Source of the DNA: Corallochytrium limacisporum Hawaii | Lineage: Eukaryota > Protista > Pluriformea | DNA length: 64,000 nt | Reading direction: 5' to 3' | Assembly (NCBI GenBank): GCA_002811645.1 | Contig: PDIP01000070.1 | Coordinates: 850-64,849, forward strand | In this document: positions 22,463 to 35,385 of the stretch, piece by piece | How the letters are laid out: the number at the start of each line of letters is the position of its first letter | Numbering within the stretch: the first letter of the stretch is position 1 | Notes under the pieces: generated by a model | Database searches by the model: none | What the model was told of the DNA's origin: nothing | The model's input: only the letters and a program-made list of their open reading frames with translations | Made by a program: the position numbers and the translations under genes

Positions 22463-25400
22463 CTCTGTTGTTCCACAGGAAGTATGTCTACAACAAGTGC
22501 CGTAACGGTAAGCGGGCCTCCATTCGAGGCAGGTTTCAAACGCCGTCTTGCCCATGAGCCACAGGGACTCATAATTTTTCCTTCCTTTCCAAGTTTTTCT
22601 TCTCCGCGAGTGAGCGAGAAGTTAGCATACTAACGCAGACGGCATTCTATTTTTTCTTAACATAGATCCTTCAATTGGGGCTTTGCGAATGCGGCAGCAA
22701 GAGCAACGCAAATGGAACGGAAGCTTCTACTTGGAGCGCAAGAAAAAAAGAAAAAAAATCGAAGCCTAGCAAGAAATGGAAAGAGACACTGGCTTCAACT
22801 GGGGCCCTACTCCCCTTCTTTTTATCTGACTTCTTTTTCCTCTTTCCCGTCCGTCGCCTCAAGCTCGAGAGGGTTTCAAATTTGTATCTCGGTCTCTCTA
22901 TCCCTCCCCCGCATTCGCTTCAACTCCGATCTTTCGTTTCGTTCTGAATTTCTTTTTCCGCTCCCCCAGTGAATATACCCTACGATTTTGACTGCGCACG
23001 CAGAAGTGAAGAATTTTTTCCGATTTTTCTGTCCGTCGCTCCCGCCGCCCCTCTCTCTGTCGGATTTTTGCTCCCTCCATTCCAGGCCCTACTCCTCCAC
23101 CCACTCGTACTCCGACCGCCTTCTTTCGCCGCTCTCGCACTTCAAAACCCCACGACGTCCTGCTTGCTGGCCGTGCTTCTGTGTGTGTGGGCACCACGCG
23201 TCATCGTTCGCATTTCGTTCTCTCTCGGTCTGGCTCTCTTCCTGGAGGGGAAAAAAACTTGGCCATAACATTTTTTTCCCCTTCTTCTCACCTTTTTCTA
23301 AACCTAAAATGACATACTTCGGCACTCCATTTGATATTTTTTTTGGGGGAGGGGGAGCCGTGCCCGGCATTCGAATGAGATCCCCGTTGGAAAGGGCGAG
23401 GGCGAGAAAGATTTTTCTCTTTGAAAATTTCCTTCCGTTTCGGGTCGAAAATTGGGCCGTTATAGAATGGGTCTGAGAGCGGGGGAAAAGGGGCACGGAC
23501 CGCCAATGAGCCACTGTCCCTCATGTTACCGTGTCTCATTCTCGCGCTCCCAGACACTGCTCTCTCAGTGTTGGTGTCGCTGCCACTTCTCCGCATCCGT
23601 CTTGCGTCAATTTTTCTATCTCTGGATCATATTCTGGCTGTTTCATTTCCTTTGTGCTTGCTTGCTCCAGAAATATGGAATAAGGACAGAGCATGCCGCT
23701 GAGTTTTGGCGTGTGTGCAGCCGCCCCGAGGCATGCCCCAGAGGCTGGAAGAATGATAAGCTTCAGATGTTCTTGGCATGTTTCGCGATTGTCCACGAAA
23801 TTTGGAGTCGCTTGGAAAGGCGGCCAGGCTACGGGGAACAGCGAATGGTGGAATATCAGCGTAACAGCAAAATTGGGGAAGCACAACATCGGCGAATTGC
23901 ATCGACGATGTGGTTTGCGACCCAGAGGGTCCAACTATGAGAAATAGCCTGAGACTTGTGCACATGCTTGCTTCTTTTCTCCTGATATTCTCTCAGGTTA
24001 CCTTTAGGGAAAGATGCTTGCTCCATTTGTAAGCTCTATGAACTCTTGTGGGGGCCTACCGGGCCCCACCTTAAAGCATGAGTCGAGGTATAATGTCCAC
24101 ACAACAACAAGTATGAATGGCGACACCACTTCGCACATCGCTACTTCTCAAAGATCGAAATGGTTTCCTATTGTCTAAACGTCTCTACGGGTTGCTTTGT
24201 TTCTGCTTGCACTTCGCCTATGAGTGTGCCAGAGTGGGAGAACAAAGTTCTACGCGAATTAGTGAGAGAGGCTACGTAGAGAGATGGGTGGGTGCGTGTG
24301 TGAGCGTGTCAGTGCGTTTTTGATGCATTCTGCAACCCCCTCCTTGCGCTCATGGTTCATTCCTAACGGTCCATGCCGACGAACCACCACCACCATCACA
24401 TACACACTACTACTAACTGATACTACTACTTTGCTCCACATCTGCCAATTTTCACTGGTACTGTCTTGCTGGATATTTATCTTTCTCGTCTCTGTAAAAT
24501 AAGAATCGCGAACAACAAAGAAATCCAAAAACACCATCAACGCAATGCACCATCCACATCTAAAGCGCCCGCCAAGACCTTGACCGAGCATGTTCAGTTC
24601 AAGGCTAGTTTACTACTTCGTAAGATCTTCGGGGGTCGTGGGGAGTTACGAGGGCGCCCGCCTTCCATCCTCGGGGTGTATCTCCGTTTCGCCCTTCTGC
24701 TCCCAAATCGCGCGGACCTTTTATTTCAGATGGTTGGTCGATGTGGCTTCTGTTTGTATCTTTTTTTAATCGATGTGGTCTGTCGTATATTATTCTATTT
24801 TGGCCGTTCTAAACCTTGTCCCCCCCCCCTCCCCCCCCTCTTTTTTTTCTTTTATTGTGTTTGTCCGTCTTTCTTGCAGTGACGTTACTGCCAGGTTTGT
24901 TTCGCTTGCCTCTGTGCCGTAGTACGCGTGTGAGTCGAGTGTGGGTGTCGTGCACGGGTCTCGTCAAAACACTTGCGACCGTAGTCGATACGCCTTCTTT
25001 GTTACTTGCGATGGCGAATTCCCAAGACTGTCGACTGTGTGTGCCCTGCTACTGTTTGCCGGCGGTACATTCTTTACCAACTTAGAGTGTCCTCTCCGTG
25101 CCCGATGGGAAGCTAGTACCGCCCTTAAGGCATGATGTAAATGCGCGAGTGATTTGTATTTGTTGCTTTGTTTAGATCGAATGCGCAACTTTCTTGTACA
25201 AACTGTCTTGCCCGGCATAATCATTATTTCGTTGGGTATGAGGGGAGTGTACAATGTATTGGAACCTGTTGCGGCAATGTGCTCAATGCGCCGGACCTTC
25301 TTGTTGGTGTCTAGTAGAGGAAAGAGTGTGTACTTATATATATTGACGGACGTACAGATGATCTGTTAGTGCGTGCGTTCTCGTCTTTGATGGGCATGCC

Positions 25401-28400
25401 TCTGACGTTCATGATTCCGACAGAGCCTGATGAACATACAGAAGAACCGCCCCCAACTTCGGTCGTTACCTTTCGACATTTCCAACGAACCCCCTTGGAG
25501 ATTTTAGCGCCATACAATTAGTATAGAACCTAGCTGTATGACACTGCTGTTCAGAGTCTGTCGAGGGAAAGGGAAGGGAATGATCAAGGCCGCATCTGAT
25601 CGAGTTTGTGAGTATCTGTCAAGCAATTGAATGTCAGGCTGGCAGGAGGAACACCCAAGAAACCCAAAAAAAAAAAGAAAACAACACAACAATAGGAGCA
25701 ACAACAAGTCATTGTGTGGGTGATGTGTAGTTATAGGATGGGGGCGAGGGACGATGCTGCATGTATTCACCAGGCATTTGTGACATCTCATCATCCTCCA
25801 CCATCGGGGAGACCCTGCTGGGCCACTTTGACCACAAGAACATACCGCACAGCATAAATCGCAAAGACGCACACACGGACGTCGAGTAAACAAGGGAAAC
25901 GCAGCTGTAAGGTCACGCCGTTGTGATCGGGAAAACACCAGAATTCAAGATGAAATTGTTTGGGCTGAGGCACGCTGTGGCATACATAAAGGTTTTTTGC
26001 CATGAGGAGGAAAGTCTGGAGAAAATCTTGATGGGAGTTCAAGATTGCGCTCGATGAGATAGTGCGGCATGACTGGAAGGATGGAGGATGTCGCTAGAAT
26101 TGTCAGAACTCCATGCGAGCTTCACAGAAGCAAGACCACAAGTGCGCCCTTGTTGTCTCTACGTGTGGCTGCGAATTGTACAGTCTCATGTGCTTCTCAT
26201 TACCTCAAATCATCAGGATAGGAATCGCCACAGCCCTGTGCGTCCGAACATGCAAGAGACAGAATAACGAGAATGGAGATGTGTATAGCATAGCGCATGG
26301 CGCTCGCGCTCATTTCTTTACCACGTAAACTAAGTAACTAGTAAACAACTCAGTGCACCGACGCTTTCGTGGGCTTGATCGCCCAGTTTACGCCTGCACA
26401 GTATGTTTCAGCATCTAGTCTTCTCGAGTAAAGCAACGAAAACATTTTCCCACTTTTCCTTTTGCGAATATTGCTGTTTCTCTTTTGGACGCCGCGGGGG
26501 TTAACTTAACGGCGACTGCCTGGAAACTTAGCGGATGGTTAATGAGAAACACGAAGTGGGAGATCGTAAAGGGATATCAACTTGAATGCTAATTGAGGGC
26601 GCATCTCTTGGGCATCACAACTAACCAAGTCGTAAGCAATTGACACAACTAATGAGCATCCAGGGACGAATAGCGAAGTTCTGACTTTGCACTTTACTAT
26701 GGCATGCTCCTTTCTGACTAACTCATAAATGCTAAAACTTCCCGCGCCTATTTGTTATGTGATGAGATTTGCAGCCAGTTCTGAAGCGGAACACGTTTCA
26801 CATCTCTCTTTGAAAATTAACTACGGTCTCTTAATGGTCCCGTTTTTACATTGCGGATGGTGCCTTCGCTCTCACCGTTTCTCCGTTTAACTCTCAGCCC
26901 ATCCCACTTTCTTTCCTTTCTGGGCATGATACCTTTCCATAGTAAACGTAGCACCCCTAAAGAAAACTGCCCTTTTGAGCAGTGCCAGAGCTGCTTTATT
27001 TGGCAAAGAGGGCCACCTGGCCCGCTGCTCCCCGTTCTCATTTCACCGTGAGTTACGTCGTCGGCCACAAACACCGCAGCCGTCTCCTTCATCATGCTCT
27101 CGCAATTTCTTGCTTCTTCCTGTTTGTCTTCCCTGTCAGTCCGTCTCGCTGTCGAGCGTCCAACGTCTACGCAACACGTCTACGCGCTTTTCTCGTGCCG
27201 CACAGTCTCGACTTTTCTCCGACCGGGAACTATTCTGTCCTACCCGCGTTGTTCTGCGCTGCCTTGTCGTGGCGGGTTCTTTGCATGTGGGCACCTTATA
27301 ATTTGCCTCGTCCTCCGTTCCGCGCGTGCGTCTCGTTTTCCCTTGTTGTTTTTGTCTCTTCCTTTGTATGGTCCGCGCGCCCGTGCCCACTCGCACTGTA
27401 AAGCTCACTATTTTTCTCTTTCGGGTTCGAAAACCAAGAAAAATTCCGTTTTCGATATTCTCTCTCTCTCCCCCTCGTTCCTCTCCTCACCGGGTCCGCG
27501 GCAGAAGAGGAGGGGAGATTTTATCTTTTTTGTATGGTCGGCCTTCCCCCCCACCCAAAGTTTTAGAAAAGAATCGAGGGATTCCAAACGCACCAAGAAA
27601 ACGCAGCGGCGTTTCAAAAGCTGCCAAACAGAGAGCATGCTGGGTGCTAAGGCTCCCTGCCTGGCTGCGTATACATAATGTATACATCTCGATGCACATG
27701 TTACAGACTGCTTTCTTTTTCTCTTCGGACTGTCTTTGAATGCATTTTTTTCTTCTCAAGAGTCAATCTCCGCGACGACGAGAAAGGCATGGACTTCCCT
27801 TAAGAGTTGGGCATTAGTCTTTTTGGGACCCGCATACCGATGCGTGCGGTATATTTACTATGGACTTGGTTCCACGGTGAAGACGTTGCACAAAAATATA
27901 GAGACGGTTCAGACTGCGTACCCCGCCTTCGTATAACGACGTCAAAGGAACATATTTTTCGTCAGTGGACAAGATCAACGGTATCGTATTCTGAGATCTC
28001 TGTCGTTGTCAATTTGTTGAGGATCTCACAGTAAGCTTGGTGGCAGCTAAATAACACTGGTAGGCACTTCCCAGGTTCCCTGGTTCGACGGGATGATTCT
28101 GTGAATCTGGGTGCGACTGGCTGCGCAACTTGTAACTGCTAAGTGTGATGACGAAGAGGAGCGACCGAGCGAATCAATGACCGGACAGCGAACGACAATG
28201 GACGATGATGATGCTTGATCGCTGGGAAAGATGGTCATTGGAAGTAGCTACGTATGAGTTTGGGAGCTGTTGAGAAACGCAGCACAATATTCTTGGTGGT
28301 GGATGTCTGTTGGGGTCTGCAGATACAACTACCCCAGGTGGGTCGCGATGTCTGCAGACATCTTCTTCGCATACGATGCAGCGATGAAATCGTGCTAGTT

Positions 28401-30863
28401 CCAAAGTCTTAACGTAGAAAATGCATTGTCGGCAAAAGACGACCTAAAGAGAAAGGTTAAAAACTGATTGTGCTTTTATCACTCCCCGGTGGACCTCTTC
28501 TCGTGGGGAACTAAGCCCTATGAATTACGCTTCCTGAGTCTGTCTCTGTCCTGAATTGCCATGACAAACTTGTTGGCTATATTTCTCGTATCTCCTGTGG
28601 GGTCAAGCATTGCAAGCCCTCAATCAATCAAGAAAACCATTACCATCATGATGATGAAGACAACAACGATGATGATGAACCGCGTTTCGGTTGGTCTTGT
28701 GAATTGATGATGTCTGACATCCCACAGTAGATCTCTCTGTACAATGAACTTGTATTGGTTACTCTACAAAGTTCTTGCTGGGTGCGCCCATTGAAGTAAC
28801 AATTCATTAGTTCAAGCGTAAGTGGGTATTCCATCCTACTGCATGCACAGAACCAATGAAAGATTGGAAAAATGGAACGTTTGGGGTGAACGTGTGAGCA
28901 TGTGCATGAATGGGGCCTTTAAGTTGTTGTCAGTTCCGCTGAAAAATGATATGAACCCACCCAGCCTATTTCCACCAAGACAACCCGTCGGGCGTTGTCT
29001 TGGATTGAAAGTTTTTCGGACATCTACTGATCGACCGGGGTTTCGCCTAGAGCGCGGCAGAGCATTCGACCTCTGGTGCATGCCAAATTCACAGCTTATT
29101 ACAAGGAGGTCCAGAGCAACCTTTTGCCGCATTAGTCATCGATGCGCCGTGTGCCTGTGTCTCTGATTTGGAACAGAGGAACGTGGACCCTGGCGGGGTT
29201 TGTCAAGGGTACGGTTCCCACCGAAACGCCGTCTTAGCCCGACGTTTTCATTTAGCCTGCCGTCAAATACGGGGGCCTAGATGGGAACCTCGAACACTCT
29301 TGGGAGCTTGAGAAAGAGTCTAGCGATGCGTGACAATGCAAAATTATGTAGGTCCCTACTCTCTTTCCCGGACCGTTGCCAAGTCTTCACAACTGGAATC
29401 CGTGATAGCCTGACCGAACTTCACACACCCACACTTTGTTTCCCTGTAACGCCTACCTTTCTTCCCCACATTCGGGACCCTCATCTGATCAGCCTCGACA
29501 GACAAGACTCTACCAGACCGAGATCTTTCCTATGGAGAAGGTGCAGCTTGTCCACCAATCCCAGGCCCAAAACGGATCCCAGCCGTCCCCAAAAGGGCTG
29601 CCGTTGGTTTTTTTTTCGCTTGCGGCTGTGTCCGCGCCTGGATCTTTGGCCCACCCTTTCCGTTTGGTTGTTGCGCGGTGGTGTGGTTGTATGCGTATTG
29701 TACTACTTTTCGCAGGCACGGTCCCATTGCTGCCCACGGCTTTTTTTTTTCACTCTCGCTCTTTCATTTTTTGCTGTATTTTTTCTTCTGTTTGTTTTTG
29801 TTCTTGTTCTCACTCCCTCTCCAGCTTTCGGAAGTCTTGAGTGTGGGTGTTTTTACGTACCTTCTCATTTTTTTCCGTTGGGTGGAGCCGTTGGAACCCT
29901 GCTGGCTCACCTGTCTCTTGCTCCGAAGAGGCCCGCACACGACAGACACACATCGCCAGTGAGAAAATAAAAGAAAAGGTGGACGAGAGAGATACGAAGA
30001 AGAAAGTACAAAGAAAAAGGTATAAAACAAAGTAGGCGGGGTTAGGCGTGCCCCGGAGTGTGGCTAAGTGGCTTTCTTGGTTGAATTCGCTCTCTCGTTC
30101 TCTCGTCGTCCTTCCTCTTTTTCTTTTAATCTTTGTGCGGTTGTGTGGCGTTTACAGTAGAAAGGGTTTGGGTTATATTGCAATGGGCGGGTCTGGTACA
30201 GTTGCGCGACAGAGGAAATTTCGTTGGCCCACTCTACCGCACAACCGTGGAGAAAATGCCCGAAGATAAAAGTGAAAAGTGTGGTTGGTTGGGTACAAAT
30301 GTAAATGAAGGCTAGGAAAAGGAACGGGCGGTGACCGTGGAGCGAGAGTGTATGGGCATGGGTGGGCCATGAATGGCTCTCGCTATGCGGTTGGGTGCGA
30401 TGGACGATAAAGGTCGTGTGCGTTGGTGTCCGCGAGAAGTAGTTGTTTCCCAGGTCCCTTCGCGACCGGTCCGAGATTGGTTTACAAGGAATTCGTTCTG
30501 ATGTTCCCTTATGCTGTAGTGCCGTAGGTTCGTGGCAAAGGAGTGCCAGATGGTGCAGTGTATGGCTCATGTCTGTCTTCACTGTGCGGGCGTGTTCGTG
30601 TGATGTGGTATTGTGTGTACATTATCGACGCTTTTCTGTTGCATGCTATTAATGAAAAATGATGTTTGCTTGTGCTGCATGCTCAAATGTACCTTGAAAT
30701 TTCCAATACAAGCTCATGCATGTACATACGGGAACGTGATTGTCAACCCCTTGACCCCACACCACATGTAGCACATCACCACGAACCGACACCACCAACT
30801 TGTCCACGGGCAGCGCAGACCCTAAATTTTCTGTCAGTTTGGAGCCAACCTCGAAGTTGCTCA

Positions 30864-31673
30864 TTATACAGTCTGGTTTGTCAAAAAGTTGCAAGCAGCC
30901 CATTCCGTCCGATGTTCAAAGAAACCGGAACGAAAGCGACTTCGCACAGACACGCTCTCGGAACGGACACAGCGTCTGAATATCCCCCCGCACGTACCCA
31001 TTTCGTTCCAACAGTGGGCTTCGTTCCCGCCGCTCCATGAACATGGAAGGTTCGGCTGAGGTGATCGTGGACACTCCCAGTCCTGTGCAACCTTGGATGT
31101 GCTCCACTTATGTGCAGACTGCCAACTACGATGTCTGTTTGCGACCATACCCAGTGGACGATAGTCGAGTCCGTGACGGGTGATAGCGCGCACGATGAGG
31201 GCATGGATGTGTAACAAGTAGTCTATGTCTGCGTGCATCTGAGAGCCTGTATGTAAGCGAATTGGATGTGTCCTACACACAGAGGCCAGCACCATCGCGC
31301 ATCGCTCCTCCTCTTTGTTCTGACCTGACTCTCCCGAACGAATTTTGACAGCTGACAGATACCAAGTTTCGTAAAACAATGATACAGGGAATGGCTTCAT
31401 TCTCAGAAAACCCAGAACGATGTGGGCAGAACGAAAAGCTTGGTTTTGGGTTTCGTTCGTTTTGCTCGGGCTCATGGCACATCGAGAAGCCAGTTCTTCC
31501 GGTCCGTTCCGTTCGTCTGAGGCGCACGAATACCGCAGATCACAAAGACGGCGGAGCAGAGCAACCGTGAGCTCGGGCTCCGATGTCGGATCTGCAGCTC
31601 TGCTGATGCTACATGTGTTGTCTCTGGTCTGTTGTCTAAGGCTGCGCAACTGCTGTGTGATTGATGCGGCCAT
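30864..31673 (-). CDS. Possible orphan ORF, 269 aa
   Basis: Longest ATG-started, non-low-complexity ORF in the gene-poor interval. No recognisable motif. Confidence 0.2.
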   Translation of the reverse strand: MAASITQQLRSLRQQTRDNTCSISRAADPTSEPELTVALLRRLCDLRYSCASDERNGPEELASRCAMSPSKTNETQNQAFRSAHIVLGFLRMKPFPVSLFYETWYLSAVKIRSGESGQNKEEERCAMVLASVCRTHPIRLHTGSQMHADIDYLLHIHALIVRAITRHGLDYRPLGMVANRHRSWQSAHKWSTSKVAQDWECPRSPQPNLPCSWSGGNEAHCWNEMGTCGGIFRRCVRSESVSVRSRFRSGFFEHRTEWAACNFLTNQTV

Positions 31674-34481
31674 AGGCAAAAGGGTATGGTCTCGGACCAA
31701 TACGTGTCGCTCGGGGAGCTTTTCTCAGTTTCGGCACGAGTTTCAAAAGTAACTGGGCCTGGCGGTCCTTTTGGGAGTTCCCGTGTTTCTTGGTTTTCTT
31801 TTTTCTTTTCTAGTATTGTTGGTTGTAGCAGGATGGACATCTTACCGAGTTAACAGCCCGGCCGAATGAAATCATGCTATTCAATAAAAAGTTGTGGGGG
31901 GTTTTTGGTAGCAAATAGGAACCAGCAACCTATTAATCGTTTACTACTAACATTCATACGAACGCAACACTTTTTTTAAAAAAATAACTAACGGGGCTAG
32001 GGGGGCTTGAGGGCTCGGGGGAGAGGAGGAGTGCGAGGAGGCCAGCTGGGGTGGAAGGGTTGGGGAGGGGGGGAGGAGACAGCGAGACCTTAAAGCGAAA
32101 AACCCGAAAGAAAATACCAACCCGCGCCCAGTCCCCGACCGCCGGGCCCCGGGTAAAGGGAAGGAGAGCGGGAGGGAAAAATTTGGGGAGGGGAGCAGGA
32201 GGGGGACCTGAGGGCGACCAAGGGAGCAGTGCTCCTCGGTTCCTCCTGCGGTGCGGCGCCCCGACCAGCCACCATCTGGGTTCGGAAGTTCTGAGCTACA
32301 AGACAGCCATGCAACGCGTGGCACAGAACTTCACGAACCCATAAGCCATCATATATTAGTAAATTCTCCATTTACCTATCATTCCCATCCACTACGACGC
32401 CAAAACCATTTTGTATTCATCATCATGATCCACCATCCATCGTTCATCATCGTCATCATTATAGTCCCCACCACCTATCCATCCGCCTACGGGCATCTGA
32501 CCTTTCCCGTTTACATTCATGCATTGCAATTCCACTCCACAATACGCAACGCAACGAACGACCGCAAATACCAATACAGCTTCGTTGCACAAACACCCTA
32601 CGAACGGTTCTTCGTCTGCGGTGAGGTTCACGGCTTCGAGATGAACGGCGGACGAGCGACAACATGTCCGCGTGTTGGCTACGCATGGCAGCGTATGGTG
32701 GGGTCTCTTTCTTTGTCGGAAGTTCTGACGCAGACGCTCACGCGCCGTGCACAGACTCTGAGAGATAACGTGTACCGACGAGCAAGGAAAAGGTCCAGGA
32801 ATCTGCAAGGAAAGCGTAAGGGAGCGCACGGACCATCATCGAGTATGTAGCCTCACCGAGCCAGCATCTCCTCTTCTGCTATGCTTTAGATGCACAGGCT
32901 CCGATGCCCGATGGGTACGTGCCGAGGCCTAAAGTAATCGGCACAAGAACTGTTGGTTAAGCCTTTGGGTGGTACGTTTACTACGCTTTAACCGATGGCG
33001 ACTGCACACCAACTCCGTCCGGATCGCTGGCCAAGGAAGATGAGAGAGTGACGTCTGACATGTTCACTCATGGATCACGTAGACAGAGAGTTTGTGTACG
33101 CGTCAAGAGACGATGTCCACAGCCAGCAGAGACAGCCACGAGAGCCTCATCCCGCAGTACGTCGGTGGTCGCTTGCTGCCTGCGTTTGGCATTTTAGCGT
33201 GATACCAGTGTAACATGTGGAAATGCCGTTTGTTGTATAGATTTGAAGGAAAGAAACATGCCATGTGTTGAAGTCGCATGTGCGGCGAAGGTCTCTCCGC
33301 CGGATAAGGTGGTACAGAACCCAACAGGAAGCCTTGCCACCATACAGCAAATAGCACAGAATTTGACCGTGAGTTCAGAAATCATTTTTAGTTACAAGAA
33401 CGCCAAGAGTTGAAACAGAATTGTTGTGCCGCAAACACAGCCACGTTGGCAGCAAACGATAATTTTTCATGACAAACCCCCGGCGGGGGGGGGGGGACGC
33501 AAGAGTAAATTACACAACAACTCAGACCAGAAGAACCACAGAGAAAGAAAAGAAAAAAAACACCAAAAAGAACCTGGCAAAACAAAAGTGACAAAGGCAA
33601 AAGGAAGTGGTAGCTTTGCAGGAGAGGAGGAGAGGAGGAGGGGGGGGGGAGGTTGGTTGGACGCAAAGTCAGAAAGGCACAGCGGCCAAAGACAGCAAGC
33701 TGGGCTGAAATGCTTCTAGTGTGAGGCACTAATGGTGGCGGCGTTATCACCATGTGCCATCAAGGTTAGGTTAGGGTTAGGGGGAGGGACAGAGCGAGGC
33801 AGAACGAAGGGGGGGGGGGGGAAGGGAGGTTTTGTGTTGATTAAAAAAGGCCCCCGTTTCTTTTGCAAATGTACACACACACACACAGCCCTCCCGCCTG
33901 CATGCAGCAGGCCCCCTAGGAAACAATCTCCACTAACACCCCACCCCACCCCCCTCCCTCCCCCACTGTGGCTCAGTATAGGAAATTATCTAGGGTATTT
34001 CGCTGTCCCAGACGTAGGTGTTTGTACGCGAGGGGCGGGGAGCGTGCCGAGGCGATATACTCAGCGCTTGTCCGCTCGAGCGGTGCGCTGGTTTTCCAGT
34101 GTAATCGCCGCGGATATGGCCGGAATAAAGGGGGGGGGGCCAGTTGCGTCAAGCGGTGACACGCACAGAGTCGGGTTTGGGTAAGGAAAAATTTGAAAAA
34201 GAGGTACGATCCCAGGCCTGGGGCGTGTGCAGTGGCACAATCGAGTTCGCACTGTTCACGGATTTTGAATTTGCTCAGCTGGAGCTCTCAGCTGAGTGTC
34301 CGTTTGGTCGGAGGTGTTTTTGTGGCTGGGTCGCGTGTTGGGAGCAATCAGTGATGGGGGACCGCGGATAGTGACGTGGAGGTGGAGTAGGTATACAAAC
34401 AACATCGATTACTATGAAAATAACCTACCGTCTGTATGAATCCAATTATTCCCTGTTCTTTGTTAGAATTGACCGTACAAA

Positions 34482-35324
34482 ATGAGCGGAGTACGTCAGC
34501 GCAAACCGGCAGTAGGCAAGGCAGACCTGAAGACTGGCGCTGCTGGTCCTACGGCGCCGTCTGGACCCAAGAAGCGTGCTGTTTCGCTGGCCACTTTTGT
34601 CGTGGAAGAGGCCATGTTGACCGCCATCTTGATGGCCGGCATTACTGGCATGGACTATATTCAAGCGACACAGCCTGAGAACAAACTGCTGCATCTCATC
34701 TGCGGACTGTCTCTTCCTACGTTCACAGTCACCCTCGGTACCAAGATTATGAGTGGGGCAGTCTACAACCCCTCGGTGGCGTGGGCCATGTGGATTTTGG
34801 GCATTTTTGACTTTACGCAGCTTGTGGTGGGATCAATCGTGCACATGGTCACTGCCGCTAGCGCGGGCTACGTGGCCAGGGAGTTCCTGACCGACAAGGC
34901 TTTCCGCAATCTTCTGCGGGGTCTGCAGTACAAGGGAGAACATGTGAGCTGGGAATTAGCACTGCGGAATGAAGCTACCGCCGCATTCGCCCTGCTTTTC
35001 TCTGCGGCTATTCTGGGCCAAGTTTTGGAGAAGCGTGGTGGCAAGGCCTTCGAACCGTTTTTCATTGCTGTCATTACCCTCATCGTGGTGGTGATGAACC
35101 CTCACTCTGGCCCTTCCATGAATCCCAGCATCCCAACTTTCTGGTCCTTCTTCCTGGAAGATTTCTCCTTTGAACTTCCTGTGTACTTCATTGGACCTTT
35201 GATTGGATCCACTGTGGCAGCACTTCTACTGCGAGGACTCATGGCACTGTCGGCGAAGGCCCAGCAGGCAGAAACCCCCGCTGCCGCGGCAAAGTCTCCC
35301 ACTAAGGCAAAGAAGCGTGACTAA
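34482..35324 (+). CDS. Major intrinsic protein (aquaporin), unorthodox SIP/AQP11-12-like, 280 aa
   Basis: Multiple TM segments. Two NPA-type boxes, GAVYNPS and SGPSMNPS. VYFIGPLIG in the last helix. C-terminal KKRD. Confidence 0.85.
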   Translation: MSGVRQRKPAVGKADLKTGAAGPTAPSGPKKRAVSLATFVVEEAMLTAILMAGITGMDYIQATQPENKLLHLICGLSLPTFTVTLGTKIMSGAVYNPSVAWAMWILGIFDFTQLVVGSIVHMVTAASAGYVAREFLTDKAFRNLLRGLQYKGEHVSWELALRNEATAAFALLFSAAILGQVLEKRGGKAFEPFFIAVITLIVVVMNPHSGPSMNPSIPTFWSFFLEDFSFELPVYFIGPLIGSTVAALLLRGLMALSAKAQQAETPAAAAKSPTKAKKRD

Positions 35325-35385
35325 TTCAAATGTAAATAAACTCCTCTTAGGGACACACCAGATTTTAATGACACGGATGTAGAGT

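Noticed and set aside
28051-28467. Protein-looking frame with a few stops (possible pseudogene)
   Set aside because: Stop density is not clearly below random expectation, and no family is recognisable.
33764-33782. GGTTAGGTTAGGGTTAGGG telomere-like motif
   Set aside because: Only about three units; too short to call an interstitial telomere.
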